The translations under genes and the position numbers were made by a program. Source: Paramecium tetraurelia (taxonomy: Eukaryota). Taken from it: DNA of 64,000 bases. This document shows positions 24,177 through 37,500 of this stretch, piece by piece (position 1 is the stretch's first letter; every line of letters starts with the position of its first letter). The stretch is taken from the NCBI GenBank assembly GCA_000165425.1, contig CT867985.1, forward strand, positions 496,001 through 560,000, in the 5' to 3' direction. Under the pieces are notes generated by a model, which was given only the letters and a program-made list of their open reading frames with translations, did not search any database and had not been told where the DNA came from.

Positions 24177-26615
24177 TCATGGCAACTTTTTTAAGAAATT
24201 AGCTTTTGGTGCTTCTAAAGGATGCTAATTATATCTAATTTTTGGTTATTCTTATTCTTATTATGTTTATTATTATTAAATTTATGGAGAGGTTGGTTGT
24301 AATTATTAAATAGTTGGTGAATTCTAAGATGCCTTTTATTATTATTACTATTATTACTATTATTATTACTATTATTACTATAATTATTACTATTATTATT
24401 ATTATTATTACTATTATTATTACTATTATTATTGTTACTATTATTATTATTAATTCTAGTTCTATTATAAGTAGGATGATTCTTTTGAAGCCTATTATAT
24501 TAATGGACTTGGTTATTATTAAGTAGATATCGGTGATTATTATGTATAATTTGATTAAACTACTTCTCTGGTAGGTGTTTCAGAACCAAGGTATACTTAA
24601 TTGCCACTTGTCTTTTAAACATTAACATTAGGGTTAGTTGACAATGGATTTTTCTTATCAAATATAACTACTTTTTTTTAAACAGTATTTCCTTATTAGT
24701 TTTAATTTGCTTATGGTTAATAATATAAAGATTGAAGAACAGATAATGAATTAATCTTTTGATTTGGCTCTATTTTACCATCATTTTCAGCAAATTTAAG
24801 CAATTCCTAAGCTTATAGATCATAAAGCGAAAATACTCTTGCGTACTTCACTAAAATATTCTTAATCTCTTATTTATCCACTCTAAATATTAATAATGTA
24901 TATTACTTAAAGTTTATCATATTAAGTGTTAAAGTCAATAAATTAGAATATATAACGTTCTTATCCTTAAATATTTGCTCATTTGAAAACTGAATTGTAT
25001 CTTTCATAGCAGATTTATCAATCTCTGACTCAATCGTTGTATAAATTAAACCTTCCCATAAATCAATTTATTTCCAAATTTGCATAGATATTAAACTATC
25101 TTGTAAGAAAAATCTTTTCTCATGCTCATCTATTGTGTAGATAGTGGAGATCATGGTAATAATCCTTTTGACTAAAGTTAATTCTCCTTCTTTTTATGAT
25201 ATCTCTAATAATTTCTAAGTGAACTAATGCATATTTTTGAATCCATACGAATTTAAATTTGAGCACCTAAAGAAATAAAACTATAATCTTACCCTGCTTA
25301 TCGAAATGATTCAAGGATTATGCATCCTAATTCTCTAAAGAACTTTGAATCAAAAATCTCATCCAAATTTCTTTTTTATAATTCAGGTATATTTTTCCAA
25401 CCTTTTATTTATTGTTCTTAAGTCTATTAAATCACATGTTTTATGAAACTATAAGTATTAATAAGTTATTATTCGCCATATTGATCTTTATATTTATTCA
25501 CCATTTATTGAACTCCAGCTGGTTGTTCGTCAGCATTTTTTGGTTTATTTTTATTATTAACTTTTCCAATTAATTTAATTGTTACTCCTTTTAAATCATC
25601 AATAAATTCCTAATTAGCTAAGAATATATCAAAAGAATCAACGTTTTCTACTTAAGCAGAAGAAGCTGTAGTTTCTCTTTTAATATTCAGTCTGTGATTA
25701 AGAGAAATTTAATCTGCTATACTCCTTAAAAAAGAAGAATTTAATTGAGAATTAACTTTTAAATAGTTCTCTTTAGAAATTCCAATCTAACTTGAGGGTC
25801 CTGGAGCTGTAGGGTCATTTTAGGGATCCAAATAAATCTCAGCCTGCTTAAAAAACTGTTCACTATCATATTAAAGATTTCTAGTTTTGGAAATCTCATA
25901 AACTAAGATCTTCATTACAATGTCCTAATTAAATATTTATATACTTTAGCTATTGAAAATATTTGATTATATGATGTAGTTAGCTATTAAATGCCATTCT
26001 ACAAAGAAGTGCAATAGGATTAAACAGCTTAATTATAAATTGTAGCTGCCTATCTCAAAGCAGATTCATTCTCTTACTTGTATTGTAATTGTGAATTCAG
26101 TCTGTGTTATGCTTTTGATCTTTATTCTATATTGCATTCTTTGTTCCAACACAACGCTTCTAATGTAATTGCAGATTCCTCATATTCCTTTGATGCTCTC
26201 ACTGTCTTCTCCTTTTGACGATCATACTTATCACAGGATATTTTGATTTCTTTATCCATTTTTAACACATCTTGAATAAGTGGTTTGAATTAACTTTGGA
26301 TTTATCTAAGCTCATTGATGGCTTACTCTACATCATGCTTGTACGATTAATTGAATTGCTTAGTTACAAATACCCACATACCTTATAGTACTGGGCCCTT
26401 TGATTCAGATCTATCTTCACTCCTCTCACTAAATCATCCATATCTCCTCCACTATTTTACATTTGTCCACTTATTTTCTCCAAAGCCTTGTGGTACTTCT
26501 CTTCGGCTTCAGATCGCTCGAAAAGCTGTCCCAACATAAATTCTGTTACTTTGCTTCTGTCATTCACTCTACGATAGAGAACATCGAAATTTGTAGCTAA
26601 TTATTTAATATTCAT
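24177..26615 (-). CDS. F-BAR (FCH) + SBF2-like domain + polyQ tail protein
   Basis: FDVLYRRV..FERSEAEEKYHKALEKIS (FCH); STIY..RFFLQDSL..IWNQIDLWEGLIYTTIESE (SBF2-like); several introns. Confidence 0.7.
24275..24452 (-). repeat. (TAA/TAG)n triplet tract encoding polyglutamine in the F-BAR protein
   Basis: tattattac/tattattat runs on the + strand are Gln codons on the - strand. Confidence 0.8.
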
Positions 26616-27016
26616 TATTATTTATAAGGTATTCCATTAAATTATGTAAATTTATCAAACCAACTCAATATACTAAAAAAGAAAGAAGGAATTGAATGCT
26701 TTAATCAATAACTCCTTACTTTATAGTACTGAATTTCAGAATCTAACACTTTAATGATATGTGTAAAGCGATACAAAAAAACATATAACCTTAGATTTTG
26801 CAAATTTATGTTTACACATGTATACTTAATTTTAATAGGTCTCTTTATTTTATCTCTTTTTAAATGAGAATCCATTGCCATGTAGCCTTTCTTAAAGATC
26901 AAATGTAATAAATTCATAGAATATAATTTTGTTCATTGGCAATTTTAATAACTCTTGTAATTAATATATAATCATTGTGTTGTAATTAAGTGGAAATTTA
27001 ATTTATAATTTTAATT

Positions 27017-28112
27017 TCATAAGATTTTCAAATTTTATTCTTTAAGAACTTTCACCTTCAAATAATTTTAATATAATTGGCAAAAATGAGGCCAAACATC
27101 TAATTCGATGATATCAGGATTCTAATTGATATTTTCATCAATTTCAGGATTCTAAGTGATGATTTCAATTGGAACAAATATATCAAATTTTCTTTAACTC
27201 CAATCACAACAATTTTATTTTTCAAAAATAACTTTGATTAGAAGAATATGATGCGATTCTATTTTCTATCCTAAATATAATGGTGCAATATTCTAAAGTT
27301 AGCCTAAATCCAATTCGAAATCCACTTCACTATTATGATTATTATTCTCTACATTTTCCAGTTTTTTAGAAATTCTCTGAGTTAATTGATGATATGCTTA
27401 TTACATATTATCAAAAATAACTCTGTTATACAAAACAACTTCCACTTATGGAAGAGGGTGCTTTAAAAATCGGCTTTGTAATTTTATTTCTATTTTTTAA
27501 TTTTGAAATTAATAAAAAACAGTTGAATTCAATCTAAGAATAATTGGGATTCTATTTTAACCTGATCTTTATAGAATTAATTCATGTTAAATTGCCTTCT
27601 GTAAAGATTCATTCTCATTATCATACATAAAGTAGTCAACATGCATCTATTTGTATTTTTAAGAATTAACATCATAGAATTTATTAAATTATATAATAAA
27701 GTCCTTTTATTTTCTCTCTTCATCAGATATATAGCATATTGTTAGTTTATTTAAAGAACTAAATTCTATATATTATTTATAATTAGTTAGGGTTAAGCAT
27801 TGATGAATGGGGATTTCCCAATATAACTCACGTAAATTGTTTCCCCCCTCAACAATCTTCATGCTTATGGGACGCTAACATATAATCTTAGACTCCTATT
27901 TGTAATTTATTTCTAGGCTAGGAGCTTGCATTGATTCTATGCTACTAATCTTTAATAAGAATAAATAATTCTACTGAGGCAATAAAGCATGATTTTTTTG
28001 GAGTAGTTTGCAGACCTCCTATTTCGGCTTTAATTTTCAAAATTTATATTTTTTAATTGGAATTAGCTTCTTATATTGACATTTTATATCCAACTTTTAT
28101 TTTGTCAAACAT
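27017..28112 (-). CDS. Hypothetical protein, arrestin-like beta-sandwich
   Basis: Open frame with one 25-nt intron; C-terminal PLYLGQKIESHHILLIKVIF..FDIFVPIEII resembles Arrestin_C. Confidence 0.5.
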
Positions 28113-28409
28113 TATATTATTTTAATACTTAATTATAAAATATATTAAAATTAATTTGAATAAAATAATTTATCTCATGGAACAATTAAGTGCGAGAATA
28201 AATAATAAATCAGAATAATAATTTGTAAGATGGCTTATCTCTCTTCAAATAACTTTAAATTTTGAGAGTATAAATTATTGGAATATGAAAAATAAAACTT
28301 AATAATCTTAAATACTTTCTCTAGATATAATTATGATTACAAGGCTTTAAAATAATTTCAAGTATTTTGATAAATTTTTTGAAAACACTAAGGATATAAA
28401 ATTATTAAA

Positions 28410-30866
28410 TCAAACTTTCTTATATAAATTCAATATTTGCCAAGTAATTTGGTTGGTTTCGTCTATTTTTAAATCTTTAAACAATAATAACAATATATAC
28501 TTTTAAGATAATTTAAATAATTTTCTGAATATGTTTCTTATTTATTTTAATTAGAATCCGATTTCTCCATTTTTAATATTGTCAACAAAATAAAATTAAT
28601 TATCTATTTTCTAAAAATTATATTGAGTAGACTAATTGATACGCATAAAGGTAAGCCAGCATAAATGAGCCATTCATAATCCCAAAACAATTTAACAAAT
28701 AAATATATTTTAATTGGATAGAATGCTATAGAATAGACTTTGATTTAATGTCTCATCAAGATTATTGTGAATCTTTTATCAATAGCATAAATGTGAGTTG
28801 TAGTATATCTATCGAAAAAGTACATAAACAAATTAAAGAAAAAGCATATTAAGGTTATTAGTGGGCAAACGTAGATCAGACATAATCCAATGGTAATACT
28901 ATAAAGAGCGTTGCAATTTCTACTTCTCTATGGAAAAAATGGAGGTGTTATTAATTAATTTAATTGTCCTTAAAAATATTGTAAATAATTTTTGAGTGCT
29001 TTTCTTGTTCTTAGTAAGGATGAAATAAATCTTATATGGAATAAGTGAAATATATGCTTAGTAATTAATTTATTTTACGTTAGTGATATTAAATTATAGA
29101 TTGCAGCAGGTTTCTCCTTTCCATTCCATAACTCAAAAGTAAATAAATATGGAACAAATGTAACTAATAGATAATTTACAACAATTAAAAAATGCATAAA
29201 ACCCCGTTCTTAATGAGCAAATGTACTTTTTTAAGCCTTTTTTTAATTAATGATAACAGCAAGAATGGCACTTGTTGTAATTATTGGAACAAGTATTGTA
29301 AAAATGTTTGTCGCTGCTTTTTCTCCTGTAGTCAGTTTCCCAGATGCCTTGTTAGTTTAAAAATCTGGGTCATTGACATATAGATAAATAAGTTCATATG
29401 CAACCATTAAAATTGCACATGCAAAGATCATAATTACGATTGATTTACATTTTTATATAACTCTATCCATACTCTTGGCTCCTAAATGATTCCAAAACAA
29501 ACCATTAATTCGATATGACTTTTTCACAGCAATTTTATCACTTAATTTAGGATGAACAATAAACTTTAATTTAATTTTTAAATCTTGGAAAAATGTTCTT
29601 TTAAAATTTGAGTGAACTAAACTAAAAACCTGTTTATCAGCAAAATGGATGATTGCTTTCTTGCTAAACTGTAATGAATCAATATCCTTTAAAGAATCTG
29701 CTGTTAGTTAATTAAGTTAAACATTTCCAGTCTCCTTTTAGATTTTATTATTAATATCCTCAAGCAATGTTAAATTGTTCTCTAATTTTGTTTAACAATT
29801 AATTTATTAAGCAAAATCTTTTTATAAACAGTATTTTGAGTAGTTTTATATATTTTGGATTATCTCTATTAAAACCGCCTCTCTGATTGATGCAAACTTT
29901 ATTAACTATTCAACGTCATATATATATATTATTTCTTTAAACAATGGGTCAACCAATTTACTAAATTTATTATATCATTACTCAGATTAAGAAGCAATAT
30001 CTTAGTTAGGATGCTTTTCAACACATCTTTTGATTAAATCAAATATTTCATTTGGTTGCATTTTATTTTATAAATGTCTAACATAAATAGAATGCTTAGT
30101 TTCTGTTTATCTTCGACAAGGTTCCCTACTCCAATATTTAATTTCTCTAGATTCATTTAAATAAATTACATGTAAGACACTAATAAATCATATAGAAATG
30201 GTAGATGAAGATTAATAAAAAAAACAAAGAATGCAGCAAATTCGAAATAATTTTTTTCATTATTATCTGCTTCGTTTGAAAAATATTTCTGAAGGCTTAC
30301 AATATCAATAAAGTGATAATTATCCCTAAATTCGCACATTTTGCAATAATCTGAAAAATAGTCATCACATTATTCTTGTAGTTACACTTTAGAAGGATCA
30401 CATAATTGATGCACAGTCTTCATAAAAATAATTCCGTATATGCAAAAGACTATAATAAAAATTATCACTTAAAATTTTATTAAAGTGAAGTAAAGCGGAA
30501 CAGCAATACCATATTCGTCAGTCATTTATTCATAAAAATCAGAAGTAATCCAATTAAACTTGTTTTTATTGATAGTTTTGCTAGAAAAATTTAAATTTAA
30601 TACTTGCAGCACGGACATGTGTTGAATTAGTATTTGTTGATTATTTCTTAGTTTGGACATAGATAATAGGCTTATTTATGCAATTAAGCTAAGTCTAAAT
30701 CAGGCGGATATTTGAAATAATTGGAATCACTTTTCCTTACAATCTCAAGTACCTTTTGAAATTGGATTTCTTTTTCCTATTGATTTTCATTTTGTTGAGG
30801 TGTTGCACTAGGTTACTCCTATATGAGCACCTTATCTTCATTATTTTCGATATTGATGGTAATCAT
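28410..30866 (-). CDS. OSCA/TMEM63(CSC1)-like multi-pass membrane protein
   Basis: YPPDLDLAQLH, TCPCC, YGIAVPLYF, KAIIHF, LFWNHLG, QGQLNQLITPPFF, FFDRY; many hydrophobic segments; 2 introns seen. Confidence 0.7.
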
Positions 30867-31113
30867 CAAGTAATACAAATTAAATTAATTCAATGAATTG
30901 AGAAAATAAAAAGGTTATTTCCAATAACAACAGAATATATATTATACTTTTGTACTGTTAAATATACGATTTCAAAAAAGAAATTTATAGATATACTGTT
31001 TATTGAGAACTTTTGGATCTTCTTAATTAATTTACAACAATTTTATTTATTTATGATACACTTTTAATAATTGTCATTTGATATATTTATAAATAATTAC
31101 ATTTTTGGAAAGT

Positions 31114-32238
31114 ATGGGATCATAGTGCAATAATTGTAATTGTGAAAAGGAGAAATTTGTAGATATTGAGAAAGCAGTAACTAAAGATCTCTCATTATAT
31201 CTTTTAGGAATATGTAGTAGTTGTTGCTACATCTTCTTAAAAATCAACGTCAAAAGCAATTGATAAAAATAAAATGGCAATCACAATATAGAAATATTGG
31301 AGGGGTTACTTTGCTAGGAAGAGGCTGACTTACTAAAAAATATTAGAATCGATTCCTTAAAAAACTATTCACACCAATGAAGTTGATCAACAAGAGTAAT
31401 TTGAATCTGGAATAACTATAAACTAAGATGAATTTGAGAAAGAAACACGAAAACCTTATAAGTACAAAATAAAAAGTATAAGATTTAAAGGAGGGGCAGT
31501 TTATACTGGAGAATGGAAAGGATAAGCTAGGGATGGAATAGGTATATAAGTCTGGCCAGATGGAGCAAAATATCAAGGAGAATGGAAACATAACAAAGCT
31601 TAAGGAAAAGGGAAATTTACCCATTCCAATGGTGATACTTATGAAGGAGATTGGGAGAATGATATGGCAAATGGGTATGGAATCTATTTACATGTTAATG
31701 GAGCAAAATATGAAGGATAGTGGTTCAATGATAAATAACATGGATATGGTTATGAAGTATGGCCAGATGGGTCATCATATCAAGGGTTCTTTCAGAACAG
31801 TTTTAAACATGGGAAGGGTAAATTTTATTCTTAAATTAGGTAAATACATTTGGCCGTCAGGATAATATTTTGAAGGAGACTGGGTTTACAACAAATTATG
31901 CGGTTTTGGTGTTCTAATTTGGTCAGATGGAAGAAAATATGAAGGGGAATTCTAGAATAACAACATGCATGGTAAAGGAACTTACAATTGGCCAGATGGG
32001 AGAAAATATTATGGGTAATATTTTAACGACTAAAAAAATGTATCTCTTAATCATTTAATCAAAGGGTTATGGAATATATGAATGGAATGACGGAAGACGA
32101 TATGAAGGAGAATGGGAAAATGGAAAATAGCATGGAAAAGGGCTCTATATTGTTGGGGAAATTGAAAGAACTGGAGAATGGTTGAATGGAAAACGGATTA
32201 GATGGGATGATGAGAAGAAAACTAATTAGAAGAAATGA
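31114..32238 (+). CDS. IQ-motif + MORN-repeat protein with N-terminal acylation-like motif
   Basis: MGSQCNNCNC; IQKYWRGYFARK; repeated YxGEW..G.G..WPDG; small introns. Confidence 0.9.
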
Positions 32239-32788
32239 TTTTAAATTACTTAATTTATTCAATATTCTACCATTTGTTATTTTTGTCCTTTTTTATATGA
32301 AATTGATAAATATATAGATCATGACTCTCTAAATTCCATTTACAATAAAAATTTAAAGATGATCAACATTAATATATGCAGTTTTGTTTTTCCTCTTAAA
32401 TAATCCAATAATAAATATTTATTGAGTCCATTCAACTCATCTTTTTTACCAAGTTGTTAAATCAAAATAATTAAATGAATGTTTAGAAGCTGGGTTATAC
32501 TTACTACAAATTAAATTTGGAAACTTTATACCTCAAATGAAATTTTGAAACACTTGACCCCATTATTGTTATTTATCTAGTACAATTAATCGCAAAAAAT
32601 ATTTCCACTTCAAATAAGAAATAAAAATCTTATAGCAGTTGGTTTTCTCATTTATTGAAGATTTATAAATAAGATTAAGTATTTGTAAGGTAATTTGGTT
32701 ATAAAATTACCTAATGTAAACTTTCAATTGAAGTTTTTATTAGGTTTAATATTAATTGATATATTGAACACATTATTTTAAAAATAAA

Positions 32789-34359
32789 TCATTTTTTCTT
32801 AATCTAGCCTGATTAATTTACTCCTTGAGTTTTATTAGTTTGCTGTTAAACTTGACTCTTATTATTTTATGTTCCTTTAGTGCTTTTATCTATCTGTTAT
32901 GTGTTTTTTGTCTAAATAATTTGGTTTCCGTTTTGTATTGTTTTATGAGCTGAATTTTCATGTGAAATTGGTTATTTTTTTTTTTCTAATTACATCGCTT
33001 ATTAATTTTATTTTAATTAGTTCTACTAGTTTTGGGTTTACATATTAAATTAATCATCTTTTTTTTCAAATTCTTCTTCCATAGTTTATTTCCCAACACA
33101 AACTTTTTTAACATTTGTAGGCTGTTGTTTATCCTTTTTATTTGATTAATTGTTTGGTTTTTAATCTTAGTTCTTCGAAGTTGAACTATTATTAGAAGGT
33201 TTTAGAAAATTTTTTATCAGTTGTTCTCCACATTATTTTTTTTATATACTAAATTTATTATTATGTTCTATTACTTAACATTTTAAAAAATTTTTTGAGC
33301 ATCAGGTGGTTTATATTCATTATTTTAGACTTGGCTTAATTATTTATCTACAGCTTGAGTTCCCCAAATCACTTTCTCTAATGCATTTTAATTGAATTAA
33401 CCCTTGCTTTAAGTTTATTTTAGTGGAAGCTATTGTAATGCATATATGTCTTTATCACCAAAGAGTTCATTTATATAAAAATTGCAGATAGTTTTAACTT
33501 CAGGATGGGTATTCTAAATGATCTTCTTGTTTAAAGCTTCTTAAAAAATGGATTTGGCTTTAGATTTACAACTTTTAAAAAATTGTCCTTCTTTATTATT
33601 ATGTTAAGAATATTAATCAAAATAAATCCCAAAGGATAAATTAGCTTATAAAATTGCTTTGTTCATAGCTATAGGAAGATAGGGATGATCTTTCACCTTT
33701 TCTAATTTTTCGATTGTTTCTTCTAGTTGACCTAATTAGCACAAAGCATTTTCCAAATCCTAGAATATAAAGTACTAAATTTCTCTCTAGATTTAATTCT
33801 AAGCATTTTATAGCTTTTAGACCTACATTAATTTTAAGTACTCTTTTGATATAAACAAGGCTGTAAATAAAATTTTATTCTATTATATTTTTTCACAATA
33901 GAATAAAATAATAAATAAAATTATTAAAGAAAATTCATTTCTCCATTATATTAAACTTAATACTCAGTATGTCCAGGTGTTTAAACAACTAAAAAGATAG
34001 ATTTAATAAGTAATTTGTAGCAAGACAGTTTAAAATTCTATAAAATCTTGATTTTTCAAGTTCTATTAATAGTAAAAAATACTAACTTACTTAGATTCGA
34101 AAATTTAGAAAAAATGAAAACATATGAATATATTCCTTAAACCATATTGATTCTTTAATTGTTAGTTATTTTTTTAATTATTCATTAATTAAAAATACAT
34201 CACGAACAGTCTTAATATTAGAAATTTTAAGCAGAAGAATTCTCTAAATGATTAATTTAATGAATAAAATAATTAATATAAATAAAACAGTTAATAAAAG
34301 CAATATTATTAATGATAACTCTCATTTGAATAAAATATTAAATGAGGACTATATTTCAT
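32789..34359 (-). pseudogene. Disrupted hypothetical gene (Q/N/K-rich C-terminus)
   Basis: Long ciliate-code frame interrupted by an in-frame TGA (~33965) and a frame change (~33270); the start is uncertain. Confidence 0.4.
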
Positions 34360-34550
34360 TCAGCATCATTTGTTTTCATAATTTATTCAACCATGATATA
34401 TCGAAAATCTATTAGCTTAAAATGATAAAATATGTCAGCAATCTCTCATTTTTCTTTATATAACACTTCAGATTATGTAATATTAACAGTATTTCTTTAT
34501 ATTTTTGAATTTCTATAATTGAAATTAAATATTTCATAAATAAAACCCAG

Positions 34551-37500
34551 ATGTCAAATACTGCTAATAAGAATGCCCCTGCTCCTAAATTGAAGAAAGA
34601 AAGTACAAATTAATCAACGACCAAGCTAACATCTTCGACTATTAAGAAACAACCGTAATATATTATTTAATTTAAGAGTTTAATAAACCTAAAAAGCAAA
34701 TGAGCCTCCTTAAAAGAAAATTGCAAACACTGATTCATTGCTTGAAAAAACTTCTGAGTCAGCATAGGCTGCCAAATCAACTAAAGTTGTTCGAACTACA
34801 ACAAGATCAATCACTACAAAATTAGACGATGGAAAACTTAAGCAACCAGCTGAATTGACAAATAAATAAGATTCTACTTAAAATAAGAATTCAAAAAAAT
34901 AAACTTTAAAACCTGGTAAACAGCAGGATAAACAAAAAGTGGAACAATAAAAAGAATAAGTTTAAACTAAGGGTCAAGGTGTAATAAAATCATAAGATGA
35001 TACTAATTCATAAGTATCAAATTAGTTTGATAAAACAACAGATATAAACAACTCAATTATAGAATAAGATTAAATTTAAGAGAATTATAATTAAGATACG
35101 ACAGAAGCAAATAATTAGGATAGTATATTGAATGAAGAATAATTTTAATATAGAAGTTAAACAAATTAATCACTAACTGAAAACGTAAATGAATCAGTTA
35201 ATCCAGATTATGATGGAGATAATTTATAGTCTGTTAAGGAAAATGATGTAAATGATGATGATAAATCTCCTTACAAGGATGTTAGTTTAATGGAGTATGA
35301 TGAGATAGATGATTAAAATATAGAAGAAAATTAAAATATATAAGATGAATAAAATGAGGTTAATGAAATAATGAAATAAAACTAGGAGCAAGAAAAATAA
35401 GTAGAAATGGAAGGGAATGAAAATAAAAAATAAGAGAAGGAAATATATTAAAAATTAGAAATAAAAAATGAATAACCTGCAAATATAATAAATGAATAAG
35501 TTGAAGAAACAAATTAATAAGATAATATAGGTTTGGAAGGATAATAAAAAGATATATAACTAAAAGTGAAAAAAATTATCGATTTAAATAACGAAATAAA
35601 AATAAATAATAATGAATAACATGTTGAACAATAAGTTGAAAATTAATAGGAAAAGGAAATTATCCATTAAGTAGAACATGTGATTGAATAACATCATTAA
35701 GAATAAGTAGAAAATTTTTAAGAACATGTTGAATAATAAGTTGAAAATTAATAAGAAAGGGAAATTATCCATTAAGTAGAACATGTGATTGAATAACATC
35801 ATTAAAAATAAGTAGAAAATCAGTAAGAACATGTTGAATAATAAGTTGAAAATTAATAAGAGAAGGAAATTATTCATTAAGAATAACAATAAGTAGAGCA
35901 AGTGGTTGAATAACATCATTAAGAATAAGTAGAAAATCAGTAAGAACATGTTGAATAATAAGTTGAAAATTAATAAGAAAGGGAAATTATCCATTAAGTA
36001 GAACATGTGATTGAATAACATCATTAAGAATAAGTAGAAAATCATTAAGAACATGTTGAACAATAAGTTGAAATTTAATAAGAGAAGGAAATTATTCATT
36101 AAGAATAACAATAAGTAGAGCAAGTGGTTGAATAACATCATTAAGAATAAGTAGAAAATCATTAAGAACATGTTGAATAATAAGTTGAAAATTAATAAGA
36201 GAAGGAAATTATTCATTAAGAATAACAATAAGTAGAGCAAGTGGTTGAATAACATCATTAAGAATAAGTAGAAAATCATTAAGAACATGTTGAATAATAA
36301 GTTGAAATTTAATAAGAGAAGGAAATTATTCATTAAGAATAACAATAAGTAGAGCAAGTGGTTGAATAACATCATTAAGAATAAGTAGAAAATCATTAAG
36401 AACATGTTGAATAATAAGTTGAAAATTAATAAGAGAAGGAAATTATTCATTAAGAATAACAATAAGTAGAGCAAGTGGTTGAATAACATCATTAAGAATA
36501 AGTAGAAAATCATTAAGAACATGTTGAATAATAAGTTGAAAATTAATAAGAGAAGGAAATTATTCATTAAGAATAACAATAAGTAGAGCAAGTGGTTGAA
36601 TAACATCATTAAGAATAAGTAGAAAATCATTAAGAACATGTTGAATAATAAGTTGAAAATTAATAAGAGAAGGAAATTATCCATTAAGTAGAACATGTGA
36701 TTGAATAACATCATTAAGAATAAGTAGAAAATCATTAAGAACATGTTGAATAATAAGTTGAAAATTAAATAAGAGAAGGAAATTCATTCATTAAGAATAA
36801 CAATAAGTAGAGCAAGTGGTTGAATAACATCATTAAGAATAAGTAGAAAATCATTCAAGAACATGTTGCTTAATAAGTTGAAAATTAATAAGAACAGGGA
36901 AATTATCCATTAAGTAGAACATGTGATTGAATAACATCATTATGAATAAGTAGAAAATTTTTAAGAACATGTTGAATAATAAGTTGAAAATTAATAAGAA
37001 AGGGAAATTATCCATTAAGTAGAACATGTGATTGAATAACATCATAAAGAATAAGTAGAAAATCATTAAGAACATGTTGAATAATAAGTTGAAAATTAAT
37101 AAGAGAAGGAAATTATTCATTAAGAATAACAATAAGTAGAGCAAGTGGTTGAATAACATCATTAAGAATAAGTAGAAAATCATTAAGAACATGTTGAATA
37201 ATAAGTTGAAAATTAATAAGAGAAGGAAATTATCCATTAAGTAGAACATGTGATTGAATAACATCATTAAGAATAAGTAGAAAATCATTAAGAACATGTT
37301 GAATAATAAGTTGAAAATTAATAAGAGAAGGAAATTATTCATTAAGAATAACAATAAGTAGAGCAAGTGGTTGAATAACATCATTAAGAATAAGTAGAAA
37401 ATCATTAAGAACATGTTGAACAATAAGTTGAAATTTAATAAGAGAAGGAAATTATTCATTAAGAATAACAATAAGTAGAGCAAGTGGTTGAATAACATCA

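Noticed and set aside
24314..24526. Poly-Ile/Thr ORF on the + strand (also the poly-Leu ORF at 20414-20806)
   Set aside because: Antisense of polyQ tracts in minus-strand genes
26705..26917. 70-aa minus-strand ORF from the track
   Set aside because: No motif, intergenic composition; unsupported
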